Origin: an uncultured Legionellales bacterium
GTDB lineage: Bacteria; Pseudomonadota; Gammaproteobacteria; Eutrophobiales; Eutrophobiaceae
Length of the DNA: 64,000 nt
NCBI GenBank assembly: GCA_913046215.1
Contig: CAJWRJ010000002.1
Location: forward strand, 5,950 to 69,949
Direction: 5' to 3'
Under the pieces are notes generated by a model, which had not been told where the DNA came from, searched no databases, and worked only from the letters and a program-made list of their open reading frames with translations. Positions 31,380-43,523 of the stretch are shown piece after piece. The first letter of the stretch is position 1. The number at the start of each line of letters is the position of its first letter. The position numbers and the translations under genes are program-made.

Positions 31380-32354
31380 TTATTCGCTTTTTCGTAGGTA
31401 ATTCATTTCTATGTATTGCCAATAAAGCAATCCAGGAAGATCTATTATTATTTCTCTTATTCGGGTTGCTAAAGACAGGGCAAGAGAAAATTCTGGTGTT
31501 AAACCAATTAAAACTCCCAGCATAAGATAACCACCTTCTTGGACACCGTAACCATTAGGTATTATAAATGCTAGGTCGGTTATGATAGAAGTTAAGCTTT
31601 TAAGCATCAAAGCTTCAAACAAACTAATTGGGTGGCCAAGTAGATAACAAGCCAACCAGACCTCCGATGTCTGCAAAATCAATCCTAGAGTTCGCCACAG
31701 AATAGATACAAAAAATCTTTTTTTATCATTATAAATGTCTTTAACAAGCAGATCTATATCGGTTGCTTTAAGTGTTATTTCACCCCAATCTGTCGTGTTA
31801 TTGTACTTACCAATAATGTTTGCGAAAAAACTAAATATTCCTGCCCGTTGGACAAATATAAAGCCAGCTAAACCTAATCCTAGTAAAAAAGTACCCAACA
31901 TTATGTACATTGCTAATTCATTATCAATTGCAAGAAAAATTAATAAGGCAGTACCAATAATCGCCCATGGTATTAGTGCTAATGCTTGTACGGTTTTATC
32001 TACAAGTACAGACGCACATACATTTTTTGCTGGTCTTCCCCATAAAATTAATAGACGTGCTTTCGCGATTTCCCCGCCTATCGTTGCAACAGGTAAAATA
32101 GTATTTATGGCTCTTCCTATCCACAATGACAAAAATAATTCTTTAAAGGGAGGGATTGTCTTTTTTGGAAATAAGTAATACCACGATATTACAGCAACAA
32201 CAAAACTAGGTAGCCAAACTATCGGCAGAGAGAGCAATAACAAACCAGATTTAGATAATAAATCTAGAATTTCATCAAATCCTTGCCAAAAAATAAGCAA
32301 GGTAAGTACGAAAAGACCAAGTACTAAACCAATGAATGATAGTGTTCTAATCAT
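31380..32354 (-). CDS. hpnL: HpnL-like polytopic membrane protein (UPF0104 / lysyl-PG-synthase TM-region-like)
   Basis: 324 aa with ~8 TM. Located between the hpnIJK operon and CDP-alcohol phosphatidyltransferase paralog 3. Confidence 0.5.
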   Translation of the reverse strand: MIRTLSFIGLVLGLFVLTLLIFWQGFDEILDLLSKSGLLLLSLPIVWLPSFVVAVISWYYLFPKKTIPPFKELFLSLWIGRAINTILPVATIGGEIAKARLLILWGRPAKNVCASVLVDKTVQALALIPWAIIGTALLIFLAIDNELAMYIMLGTFLLGLGLAGFIFVQRAGIFSFFANIIGKYNNTTDWGEITLKATDIDLLVKDIYNDKKRFFVSILWRTLGLILQTSEVWLACYLLGHPISLFEALMLKSLTSIITDLAFIIPNGYGVQEGGYLMLGVLIGLTPEFSLALSLATRIREIIIDLPGLLYWQYIEMNYLRKSE

Positions 32355-32471
32355 GTTTTATATAATAGGAAAGATGCTTGTAAATTACCGTTTTATTTTT
32401 ATCAACTAACACTTAGAATAGCAAGCGAGACAAAATGATACTATATAATTGATAAAACATAGTTAATTATC

Positions 32472-33149
32472 ATGAACACTAAAATAAAAAAATATCCTAC
32501 CCAGATATTCCCTTTAGTTAGGCACTTATCTTATCGACTAACCCCTTTTTTGTTAAAAACCTCCATCACACCCAACCAAATAACACTCTTATCACTAATA
32601 TTTGGTTTGTTATGTGGATTCTGTTTTATCATTGGCTCATATTATCTTCAAATAGTTGGAGCTTTATTCTTCATCATTAGTTATGTGCTAGATAACTGTG
32701 ACGGTGAAATTGCTCGAATAAAAGACATGTCATCTGAGTTTGGTGCAAAATTTGATGACATTGTTGATTGGGTTGTCGATGCATTTTTCTTTATATCACT
32801 CGGGTATGGCGTTAGTGAAGTGAGCGGTCATAGTTTTTGGTTTTTTTTGGGTATTATTGCGGCATCCGGAGCATTTATTGATTACATTATAGATTTACGT
32901 TACCACGCTAGAAACGAATCAAATTCAGTCACTAGAGAGCAACAAGCCAAACAAAAAAAGATACCTGAAAATAAAATTGATTGGCTGATATATATATTCC
33001 ATAAATTGAGTCGTGCTGATTTTTGCTTTATTGTTTTTATACTAACGTTGTTCAATTTAATATATATATTACTCCCATTCGCTGCAATAGGCGCACAGGT
33101 TTATTGGATAACAGATCTATTTGAAAGAGCAAGAGGTTATAAGACCTAG
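32472..33149 (+). CDS. CDP-alcohol phosphatidyltransferase family protein (paralog 3, divergent from hpnL)
   Basis: 225 aa. Full catalytic motif DNCDGEIARIKDMSSEFGAKFDDIVD. N-terminal ITPNQITLLSL as in paralogs 1 and 2. Confidence 0.8.
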   Translation: MNTKIKKYPTQIFPLVRHLSYRLTPFLLKTSITPNQITLLSLIFGLLCGFCFIIGSYYLQIVGALFFIISYVLDNCDGEIARIKDMSSEFGAKFDDIVDWVVDAFFFISLGYGVSEVSGHSFWFFLGIIAASGAFIDYIIDLRYHARNESNSVTREQQAKQKKIPENKIDWLIYIFHKLSRADFCFIVFILTLFNLIYILLPFAAIGAQVYWITDLFERARGYKT

Positions 33150-33154
33150 CTTTA

Positions 33155-34186
33155 CTAGTTTTGTCTATCGACTGAAAATTTAGCTAACATATACAACGCA
33201 TCTAAATATTCCGACTGCGGAAGTTTATCTAACGCATTGATAGCTAATTCTGATTCCCGTTTAGCAATCTCAATAGTGTATGAAATTGCCCCTGTTGAGT
33301 TTATTGTATCTTTTATTAATTCTATATTTTCCAGACTTCCATTTGATATTGAGTTACGTATTATTTTTTCTTCATCTTTCGTGCTATTCCACATAGCGTA
33401 TAGCAATGGTAATGTTGGATTACCTTGAGACAAATCATCACCTATACTTTTTCCTAATTCAATTTCAGAAGAACTATAATCAAGCACATCATCTATTAAT
33501 TGAAATGCAGTTCCCAAGTGTCGCCCATAATTAGCCATTGCATTTTCATCATCTTTTGTTTTTTTTGATATTATTGATCCTAGTCTTGCAGCAGCCTCAA
33601 ATAGTTTTGCTGTTTTGTTACGAATGACATCTAGATAATTTTCTTCACTTGTTTCCGGTCTATGACGATAAATTAATTGTTGAACTTCACCTTCAGCAAT
33701 AGTATTCGTAGCTTCAGATAAAACTCGCATGATACTAAGAGAATTAATATCAACCATCATTTGAAAAGCACGCGAGTAAACAAAATCACCGACAAGAACA
33801 CTCGCTTCATTTCCCCAACGTTGATTAGCAGTTTGATGACCTCGCCTCAATAATGAAGCATCCACTACATCATCATGTAAGAGAGTTGCTGTGTGAATCA
33901 GCTCAATAATTGCTGCAAGATTGATATGTTTATCCCCCTCATAACCTAGAACTTTAGAGCTTAATATAACTAGAGCTGGTCTGAGGCGTTTACCTCCGCT
34001 ATTTACAATATATTGACCAAGTTGGTTAATTAGAGATACGTCAGATGCCAGATTTTCCTCAATAAAGGTATTAACTCGTGCCATTTCATCAGCAATTAGT
34101 CTTTGAATTGGAGAAATATCTACAATTATTGAATTAACGTCTTTTTGAAAGACATTTTTATCTTCGCTGATTTGTTCTTTATACAT
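33155..34186 (-). CDS. ispB: octaprenyl-diphosphate synthase (the long ORF runs to 34309, but the start is most likely the internal ATG at 34186)
   Basis: Near-identity to E. coli IspB around both Asp-rich motifs (IHTATLLHDDVVD; FQLIDDVLD), with small residues at -4/-5 indicating a long-chain product. It is divergent from rplU as in E. coli, and starting at 34186 leaves a 158-bp divergent promoter region. Confidence 0.85.
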   Translation of the reverse strand: MYKEQISEDKNVFQKDVNSIIVDISPIQRLIADEMARVNTFIEENLASDVSLINQLGQYIVNSGGKRLRPALVILSSKVLGYEGDKHINLAAIIELIHTATLLHDDVVDASLLRRGHQTANQRWGNEASVLVGDFVYSRAFQMMVDINSLSIMRVLSEATNTIAEGEVQQLIYRHRPETSEENYLDVIRNKTAKLFEAAARLGSIISKKTKDDENAMANYGRHLGTAFQLIDDVLDYSSSEIELGKSIGDDLSQGNPTLPLLYAMWNSTKDEEKIIRNSISNGSLENIELIKDTINSTGAISYTIEIAKRESELAINALDKLPQSEYLDALYMLAKFSVDRQN

Positions 34187-34344
34187 TGGAATTTTATTTA
34201 AATAATTAGGTAATATAGCTAAATTCACCTTTTTTTTGTCAAATATACATGATTTTAGCATTCTTGCCTTGTCACCACCTGATGAATTTCTTAGAATCTG
34301 CCTCCTCATAAATTAAAGTTTTTATAGAAGTTGGAGAAATTTAG

Positions 34345-34659
34345 ATGCATGCGGTGATTAGGTCCGGTGGCAAGCAGTACAAGGTAGAGAAGGGCGATAA
34401 GCTTAAGGTTGAAAAACTTGATAAAGAAGCCGGTAAAAGCATAAAAATAAGTGATGTACTTATGATTATTGATGGCGATAAAGTTACAGTAGGCACGCCT
34501 ACAGTAAAGGATGCTCATGTAAATGCTAAGATTGAAAGCCATGGCAGAGGTCCTAAAATAAAAATTATCAAATTCCGTCGTCGCAAGCACCATCGAAAAC
34601 AAATGGGGCACCGTCAGGCTTATACAGAAATTAAAATAACGAATATTGCTGCAAATTAA
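34345..34659 (+). CDS. rplU: 50S ribosomal protein L21
   Basis: MHAVIRSGGKQYKVEKGD N-terminus. GGAG Shine-Dalgarno 8 nt upstream. Confidence 0.95.
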   Translation: MHAVIRSGGKQYKVEKGDKLKVEKLDKEAGKSIKISDVLMIIDGDKVTVGTPTVKDAHVNAKIESHGRGPKIKIIKFRRRKHHRKQMGHRQAYTEIKITNIAAN

Positions 34660-34674
34660 GGCTGGAGTTTAGAA

Positions 34675-34932
34675 ATGGCACACAAAAAAGCAGGTGGAAG
34701 CACAAGAAATGGTAGAGACTCACAATCAAAGCGTCTTGGCGTGAAGAAGTATGGCGGTGAAATAGTCAAGGCAGGTAATATCATTATTCGGCAAAGAGGA
34801 ACGAGATGGCATGCCGGAGTTAATGTGGGTTTAGGACATGATCATACACTTTTCGCAACTTCCGCAGGAAAAGTTGAATTTAATAGAAGAGGACCTAAAA
34901 ATCGGACGTTTGTCGATGTTATAGCGGGCTGA
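34675..34932 (+). CDS. rpmA: 50S ribosomal protein L27
   Basis: [17 protein letters not shown]-terminus. 85 aa. Confidence 0.95.
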   Translation: MAHKKAGGSTRNGRDSQSKRLGVKKYGGEIVKAGNIIIRQRGTRWHAGVNVGLGHDHTLFATSAGKVEFNRRGPKNRTFVDVIAG

Positions 34933-34956
34933 ACATCCAAATGCAATTTAAAATTC

Positions 34957-34984
34957 AAACCCCGCCTTTGGCGGGGTTTTTTTA
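34957..34984 (+). terminator. Rho-independent terminator after rplU-rpmA
   Basis: GC-rich hairpin CCCCGCC-TTT-GGCGGGG followed by a run of 7 T. Confidence 0.8.
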
Positions 34985-35047
34985 TGTTTGTATTAAATTT
35001 TCTATTAGATTATTTTTATTGGTTTAAGATGTTTATATATGTATTAA

Positions 35048-37202
<2,155 letters not shown>

Positions 37203-37223
37203 GTTTTTATTTGCGTGTAAAAT

Positions 37224-37484
37224 TTAAAGAGATTTTACATGACTATTTAGACGGGATTTATGCCTAGCTGCTTTATTTTTATGAATAATGCCTTTTGAGA
37301 CCATTGAGTCGATTACAGGTACAGCAGCATCAAAGGCGCTTTGAGCAGCCTTTTTATCCTTAGCCTCAATAGCGTTGGTAACATTTTTAATGTGAGTACG
37401 CAACATTGAACGTTGGCTCGCATTATGAAGACGTAATTTGATTGACTGCCGTGCTCGTTTTTTTGCTGATGCAATATTCGCCAC
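37224..37484 (-). CDS. rpsT: 30S ribosomal protein S20
   Basis: [15 protein letters not shown]-terminus. 86 aa. Confidence 0.93.
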   Translation of the reverse strand: MANIASAKKRARQSIKLRLHNASQRSMLRTHIKNVTNAIEAKDKKAAQSAFDAAVPVIDSMVSKGIIHKNKAARHKSRLNSHVKSL

Positions 37485-37617
37485 TTAATTCTCCTTATTT
37501 GTTTTTCAAGGCGCGACATCATGCTGATATTAGAGCAATTTGTCAATCCTTTACTATGGGTTATGTTATGCTACTTATTGTATTCAGCTGTACAAAGTTT
37601 TCTAAAGGTTAGTCTAA

Positions 37618-39171
37618 ATGAGTTTTAAATTATTAAAATCAACATTTGTTATTGGTTTTATGACGTCAATATCTCGTGTTTTTGGCCTCATACGTGATGT
37701 TGTCATTGGCAGTCTTTTTGGTCCCGGTTTAGGGGTCGACGTATTTATTGTTTCTTTTAGAATCCCTAATTTTCTACGAAGACTATTTGCCGAGGGTGGA
37801 TTTTCACAGGCTTTTGTACCTGTACTCTCCGAGTATAAAGAAAAACGTGGAGATGAAGATGTCCAAAAATTAATAGATCAGACATCTGCTACATTGGGAT
37901 TAATTTTATTTGTAATTACGATAATTGGTGTTTTAGCAAGTCCAATTTTAATTATGATATTTGCACCTGGTTTTTTGAATGATCCGGACAAAAGTACTTT
38001 AGCAAGTGATTTATTAAGAATTACATTTCCATATATATTTTTTATTTCACTAACAGCTTTTGCTGGAAGCATTTTAAATACTTATAGAAACTTTGCTATA
38101 CCAGCTTTTACTCCAGTTTTATTAAATTTATCGTTAATCATATGTGCAATTTGGTTAGCACCATTATTGGAAACACCGGTTAAGGCACTCGCATGGGCTG
38201 TTTTTTTTGCGGGTATTGTACAATTAATCTTTCAAACACCTTTTTTGTTGAGAATTAAAAAATTTCCACGTCCATCATTAAACAGTGATCGTGATGGCGT
38301 AAGTCGCATCCTTAAACTAATGATGCCAATATTATTCGCTGTATCAATAGTTCAAATAAATTTATTAATAGATACATTGATTGCTTCATTTTTAACTACG
38401 GGTAGTATCTCATGGTTATATTTTTCAGATCGACTTGTTGAGTTTCCTTTAGGTGTATTTGGAATTGCATTAGCGACCGCCGTTCTACCGCATTTGTCAG
38501 AGAAGCATGCTCAAAGGTCTAGTGAAAAATTTTCAAATACTCTTGATTGGTCAATTCGATGTATTTTTCTAATTTCGTTACCAGCAGCTATTGGTTTGGC
38601 TATGCTAGCACCACCTCTGTTAATTACCTTATTTCAATATAAAGAATTTTCAGAATATGATGTATTAATGACCAGTTATAGTCTAATTGCTTATGCTATT
38701 GGCTTGCCTGCATTTGTCTTAATAAAGGTTTTGTCAGCTGGATTTTTTTCAAGACAAGATACGAAAACTCCAGTGAAAATCGGAATAATTGCAGTCATAT
38801 CTAATATTATATTTAACATTATCTTAGTATTTTTATTTAATCGTATAGATTTAGCGCATGTTGGACTTGCATTAGCAACATCCTTGTCGGCTTATTTACA
38901 AGCATTAATGTTATTTTTAAAATTAAAAGAAGTAAAAGTATATAAAACAGAAAGCAGATGGATAGGATTTATAATTAAAATTATATTTTCTCTATTAGCT
39001 ATGATAATTCTAATATTATATGGATTGGATGATAAATCAGTTTGGTTTGGTTGGGATGTTTATCAACGAATATCAAATTTACTTATATGGGTCACAGCAA
39101 GTATTGCATGTTATTTTTGTTTTTTATGGTTAACAGGCTTTCGATTAAGTAATATAAAAATTCCAGACTAA
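37618..39171 (+). CDS. murJ: lipid II flippase MurJ (MviN)
   Basis: 517 aa, 14-TM MOP-superfamily protein (FGPGLGVDVFIVSFRIPNFLRRLFAEGGFSQAFVP). Conserved position before ribF-ileS. Confidence 0.88.
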   Translation: MSFKLLKSTFVIGFMTSISRVFGLIRDVVIGSLFGPGLGVDVFIVSFRIPNFLRRLFAEGGFSQAFVPVLSEYKEKRGDEDVQKLIDQTSATLGLILFVITIIGVLASPILIMIFAPGFLNDPDKSTLASDLLRITFPYIFFISLTAFAGSILNTYRNFAIPAFTPVLLNLSLIICAIWLAPLLETPVKALAWAVFFAGIVQLIFQTPFLLRIKKFPRPSLNSDRDGVSRILKLMMPILFAVSIVQINLLIDTLIASFLTTGSISWLYFSDRLVEFPLGVFGIALATAVLPHLSEKHAQRSSEKFSNTLDWSIRCIFLISLPAAIGLAMLAPPLLITLFQYKEFSEYDVLMTSYSLIAYAIGLPAFVLIKVLSAGFFSRQDTKTPVKIGIIAVISNIIFNIILVFLFNRIDLAHVGLALATSLSAYLQALMLFLKLKEVKVYKTESRWIGFIIKIIFSLLAMIILILYGLDDKSVWFGWDVYQRISNLLIWVTASIACYFCFLWLTGFRLSNIKIPD

Positions 39172-39196
39172 TTATATATAACTTAAATCTTTTCAT

Positions 39197-40141
39197 ATGG
39201 AATTTATATACGGATTATCAAATTTACGAAAAAAACATAAAAATTGTGCAGCAACAATTGGTAATTTTGATGGTGTGCATTTAGGTCATCAAATTGTTCT
39301 AAAGCAGTTAATAGCTATTTCCGAAAGTAATAATTTAGTATCGACAGTTGTAATATTCGAACCTCAGCCGATGGAGTATTTTCATATAGAAAAAGCACCG
39401 CCGAGACTTGCGCGTTTGCGAGAAAAATTAGATCAATTCTCACGTTACAATATTGATCGTGTTGTTTGTTTAAAATTTAATGATGAATTAGCTAATCTAT
39501 CAGCCTCAGAATTTGTAGATGACATACTTATCAATAGTTTAGCTATTAAAAAATTAATAGTCGGAGATGATTTTCATTTTGCAAAAAACCGTGAGGGAAA
39601 TTATGAATATTTATTAGAAACTTCTAAGGAGAAGAATTTTGAGGTTTTTAAAACAAATACATATGAAGAGAATGGGCTTCGAATAAGTAGCACATTAATT
39701 CGTAATTTACTCACCGAAGGCAATATTGAAGTTGCAAACCGTTATCTAGGTAGATTTTTTGTAATTAGTGGCAGGGTAATCCATGGGGATAAGCGCGGTA
39801 AAAGATTAGGATTTCCAACTGTTAATATAAAATTAAATAGATATTTATCGCCTGTAACTGGTATTTTTTCAGGTCGCATTCGTGGAATTGGTAATAAGCA
39901 GCTCGATGCAGTAATTTATGTTGGTACAAAACCTGTTTATAGTGGAATAGAGGTTCTTCTCGAGGCTCATATACTTGATTTTGACGGTGATTTATATGGT
40001 CGTCATATACAAGTCGAATTTCATAATAAGATCCGTGATGATCAGCATATAACTAGCGAACAGGAAATGCTTAAACAAATTAAATTAGATATAAATGAAA
40101 CAAGACAATATTTTAAAAAAATGAGAGTTATTAATAACTAA
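39197..40141 (+). CDS. ribF: bifunctional riboflavin kinase / FMN adenylyltransferase
   Basis: N-terminal nucleotidyltransferase motif IGNFDGVHLGHQ and a C-terminal riboflavin-kinase domain (GDKRGKRLGFPTVN). Confidence 0.9.
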   Translation: MEFIYGLSNLRKKHKNCAATIGNFDGVHLGHQIVLKQLIAISESNNLVSTVVIFEPQPMEYFHIEKAPPRLARLREKLDQFSRYNIDRVVCLKFNDELANLSASEFVDDILINSLAIKKLIVGDDFHFAKNREGNYEYLLETSKEKNFEVFKTNTYEENGLRISSTLIRNLLTEGNIEVANRYLGRFFVISGRVIHGDKRGKRLGFPTVNIKLNRYLSPVTGIFSGRIRGIGNKQLDAVIYVGTKPVYSGIEVLLEAHILDFDGDLYGRHIQVEFHNKIRDDQHITSEQEMLKQIKLDINETRQYFKKMRVINN

Positions 40142-40162
40142 AATATAAAATTATAATAAATA

Positions 40163-42970
40163 ATGACAAACTATAAAGATACATTAAATTTGCCACATAC
40201 AGCTTTCCCCATGAAGGCAAATTTATCTCAGCGTGAACCAGAGATACTCAAATCATGGGAAGAAAATAATCTGTACCAAAAAATACGAACGAAACGTAAA
40301 AAAAATAAAAAATTTATTTTGCATGACGGTCCTCCTTATGCCAATGGAGATATTCATATTGGTCATGCTGTTAATAAGATTCTCAAAGATATTATTATAA
40401 AATCGAAGGGATTTAGCGGTTTTGATACACCATATATTCCTGGCTGGGATTGCCATGGGCTACCAATTGAATTGCAGGTTGAAAAGAAGATAGGAAAAGC
40501 AGGAGTGAAAGTTAATCCCAGAGAATTTCGAGATGCATGTCGTCAATTTGCATCGAAACAAGTTGATAAACAACGAGAGGATTTTAAACGCCTTGGTGTG
40601 CTAGCTGATTGGGGAAAACCTTATCTCACTATGGATCACTTAACAGAGGCAAACATAATAAGATCACTCGGAAAAATAATTTCGTCTGGACATTTAGCAA
40701 AAGGCGTTAAACCTGTACATTGGTGTATTGATTGTTGCTCAGCATTAGCAGAGGCTGAGGTTGAGTACAATGATAAACAATCCCCAGCAATTGATGTTCG
40801 ATTTACTGTTGACGAATCTAGTCAATTTTTTAAAAAATTTAATATTGAAAACAATGTAAATTCAATTTCATTTGTTATTTGGACAACTACTCCATGGACA
40901 TTACCTGCAAATCAGGCAGTAGCAGTTCATCCTGATAACCAATATGTATTTGTACATATTAATGATGAGCTATTGATTATTGCAAGTGAGTTGTGCGAAT
41001 CAGTTTTGTCACGTTTTGGATTTACAGATTGGGAGATTCTGCATGATTGCAATGGCTCTGAGCTTGAAGGTATAAAGCTTAAACACCCTTTTTATGAACG
41101 TATAGTACCCGTTGTATTGGCTAATCATGTAACGCTCGAAGCAGGAACAGGTGTTGTTCACATTGCACCAGGCCATGGTCAGGATGATTATACCGTTGGA
41201 CAAAATTATAATTTACTTGTTGATAATCCTGTTGCTGATAATGGTTGTTTTTTTGAGGACACCGAATTATTTTCTGGTATGTTTGTATTTAAAGCGAATG
41301 ATTCTGTTATTTCAGTTCTTGAAAAAAATGAAAAATTATTAAAACATGAAGTTATTAAGCACAGTTATCCGCATTGCTGGCGTCACAAATCACCAATTAT
41401 TTTTCGTTCGACACCTCAATGGTTTATTAGCATGGATTCTAATCAACTAAGATCTGAATCATTAGCTGCAATTAATGAAGTCCGTTGGGAGCCGTCTTGG
41501 GGGCAGGAGCGCATCTTCAGTATGATTGAAAATCGTCCGGACTGGTGTATATCGCGACAGCGTACCTGGGGAGTTCCTATACCTATTTTTATTCATCGTG
41601 AAACACAGGAACTTCATAAAGACACAGTAAAGATTATGGAGAATGTTGCTAATTTAGTAGAGAAGGAAGGAATTAATGTTTGGTTTGATATAGATAGCGC
41701 AGAGCTGATTGGTTCTGACTCCGAGGATTATATAAAAGTCACAGATACACTCGATGTTTGGTTTGATTCCGGTGTTACGCACGAGACTGTGCTAAATCGT
41801 GATGATCGTTTAAATTATCCAGCAGATCTATATCTCGAGGGTTCTGATCAACACAGAGGGTGGTTTCAATCTTCGCTTCTTACATCTATAGCAATGACCG
41901 GCGATCAAAAACCTTACTATAGTGTGGTGACCCATGGGTTTACTGTGGATGCGGATGGCATGAAAATGTCTAAATCAAAAGGTAATGTTGTTGCTCCACA
42001 AAAAGTTATGAATATGTATGGTGCCGATGTTTTACGTTTATGGGTAGCTGCAACTGATTATCGAACGGAAATGAGTGTGTCTGATGAGATTTTAAAAAGA
42101 ATTGCGGATGCTTACCGAAGAATTCGTAATACTTCAAGGTATTTACTTTCCAATCTTAATGATTTTGAGCCAGAAAAAGATAGTATCCCTTTTTCAGAGA
42201 TGCTGGATTTAGATAAATGGGTGTGTGAGCATGCTTCGCGTGTTCAAAAACAAATTATTAACGCTTATGATAATTATCAGTTCCATCAGATATATCAAAT
42301 ACTTCATCAGTTTTGTGTTATAGAAATGGGTGGATTTTATCTTGATATTATAAAAGATAGACAATATACAACCCAAAAAAATAGCGTGATAAGACGTTCA
42401 GCCCAAACTGCTATGTATCATCTAATTCAAATGTTAATTAGATGGCTTGCCCCTATCATGAGTTACACAGCTGATGAGATATGGAAATATATACCAGGAG
42501 ATCATGGAATTTCAGTATTTCTGGAAGACTGGTATGAGCTAAAAGCAAAAGATGACAATTCGGAATTAAGAAAAATTCGTTGGGAAACTATTATTTCAGT
42601 TCGTGATGAGGTTAATAAACAACTAGAAGCGCTTCGTAGTGATGGCACAATTGGTTCTTCATTAGATGCTGAGGTGAGTGTGTATTGTAACGAAAAAATA
42701 TTGAATGTGCTTAATCATGTTAAAGATGAGTTAAGATTTATTTTCATTACGTCAGGCGCAAAGACTTATTTATTAGATGATTCAATGGATGACGCTGTGA
42801 AATCTGATATCGATGGACTATATATCAGTGTTAAGCCATCTAATTACGAAAAATGTGTCAGATGTTGGCATAGAGATAGTAGTGTTGGAAAAAATGATTC
42901 TCATAATCAATTATGTGCACGTTGTATTAATAATGTTTATGAAAACGGTGAAGTAAGATTACATGCTTAA
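40163..42970 (+). CDS. ileS: isoleucyl-tRNA synthetase
   Basis: 935 aa. HIGH motif (PYANGDIHIGHA), KMSKS present, and a C-terminal zinc-binding CxxC pair. Confidence 0.95.
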   Translation: MTNYKDTLNLPHTAFPMKANLSQREPEILKSWEENNLYQKIRTKRKKNKKFILHDGPPYANGDIHIGHAVNKILKDIIIKSKGFSGFDTPYIPGWDCHGLPIELQVEKKIGKAGVKVNPREFRDACRQFASKQVDKQREDFKRLGVLADWGKPYLTMDHLTEANIIRSLGKIISSGHLAKGVKPVHWCIDCCSALAEAEVEYNDKQSPAIDVRFTVDESSQFFKKFNIENNVNSISFVIWTTTPWTLPANQAVAVHPDNQYVFVHINDELLIIASELCESVLSRFGFTDWEILHDCNGSELEGIKLKHPFYERIVPVVLANHVTLEAGTGVVHIAPGHGQDDYTVGQNYNLLVDNPVADNGCFFEDTELFSGMFVFKANDSVISVLEKNEKLLKHEVIKHSYPHCWRHKSPIIFRSTPQWFISMDSNQLRSESLAAINEVRWEPSWGQERIFSMIENRPDWCISRQRTWGVPIPIFIHRETQELHKDTVKIMENVANLVEKEGINVWFDIDSAELIGSDSEDYIKVTDTLDVWFDSGVTHETVLNRDDRLNYPADLYLEGSDQHRGWFQSSLLTSIAMTGDQKPYYSVVTHGFTVDADGMKMSKSKGNVVAPQKVMNMYGADVLRLWVAATDYRTEMSVSDEILKRIADAYRRIRNTSRYLLSNLNDFEPEKDSIPFSEMLDLDKWVCEHASRVQKQIINAYDNYQFHQIYQILHQFCVIEMGGFYLDIIKDRQYTTQKNSVIRRSAQTAMYHLIQMLIRWLAPIMSYTADEIWKYIPGDHGISVFLEDWYELKAKDDNSELRKIRWETIISVRDEVNKQLEALRSDGTIGSSLDAEVSVYCNEKILNVLNHVKDELRFIFITSGAKTYLLDDSMDDAVKSDIDGLYISVKPSNYEKCVRCWHRDSSVGKNDSHNQLCARCINNVYENGEVRLHA

Positions 42971-42984
42971 TATAAGGTTTTATT

Positions 42985-43458
42985 ATGCTTAGATGGTACA
43001 TGCTATCGTTTACTGTAATCATAATTGATCAAATTACAAAATATTTTGCTGTAGAAAAATTAGCGCTACATGAAGTGAAAAGTATCTATGAAGGCTTTAA
43101 TTTAATATTGATTTACAATGAAGGAGCCGCTTTTAGTTTTCTAAGTGATGCAGGAGGTTGGCAACGTTGGTTTCTAATAGGTGTTTCATGCGTTGTTTGT
43201 GTATTTATAGTAGTTTGGATGTATCAATCGATATCAAAAAGTAAATGCTTGTTGGCCGGTCTGTCATTAATTCTTGGTGGTGCATTAGGAAATTTATGGG
43301 ATAGATTATCTCTTGGATATGTCGTAGATTTTATTGAGGTTTATTATAAGGATCTGTATTGGCCTGCATTTAATATCGCTGATTCAGCGATTACAATTGG
43401 TGCAATTTTGCTAATTCTCGATATTTTTCTAAAAGAACCGTCAAAGACACCATCATAG
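42985..43458 (+). CDS. lspA: lipoprotein signal peptidase II
   Basis: 157-aa 4-TM protein with the conserved FNIAD motif ([10 protein letters not shown]). Position after ileS. Confidence 0.9.
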   Translation: MLRWYMLSFTVIIIDQITKYFAVEKLALHEVKSIYEGFNLILIYNEGAAFSFLSDAGGWQRWFLIGVSCVVCVFIVVWMYQSISKSKCLLAGLSLILGGALGNLWDRLSLGYVVDFIEVYYKDLYWPAFNIADSAITIGAILLILDIFLKEPSKTPS

Positions 43459-43523
43459 CTTATTTTGTATATCTCAATTCCCTGTATAATATATTCTAGC
43501 TTACTTTTTTTGGATAAAGTCTT

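Noticed and set aside
34306-34611. 101-aa minus-strand ORF overlapping rplU, and 77-aa ORF 37313-37546 overlapping rpsT
   Set aside because: They overlap highly conserved ribosomal protein genes in antisense or an alternative frame, and have no features of their own.
37217-37238. Hairpin GTAAAAT-(8)-ATTTTAC between the convergent proB and rpsT
   Set aside because: The stem is almost pure A/T (one G-C pair) and overlaps the rpsT stop codon, so it is too weak to call a terminator by eye.
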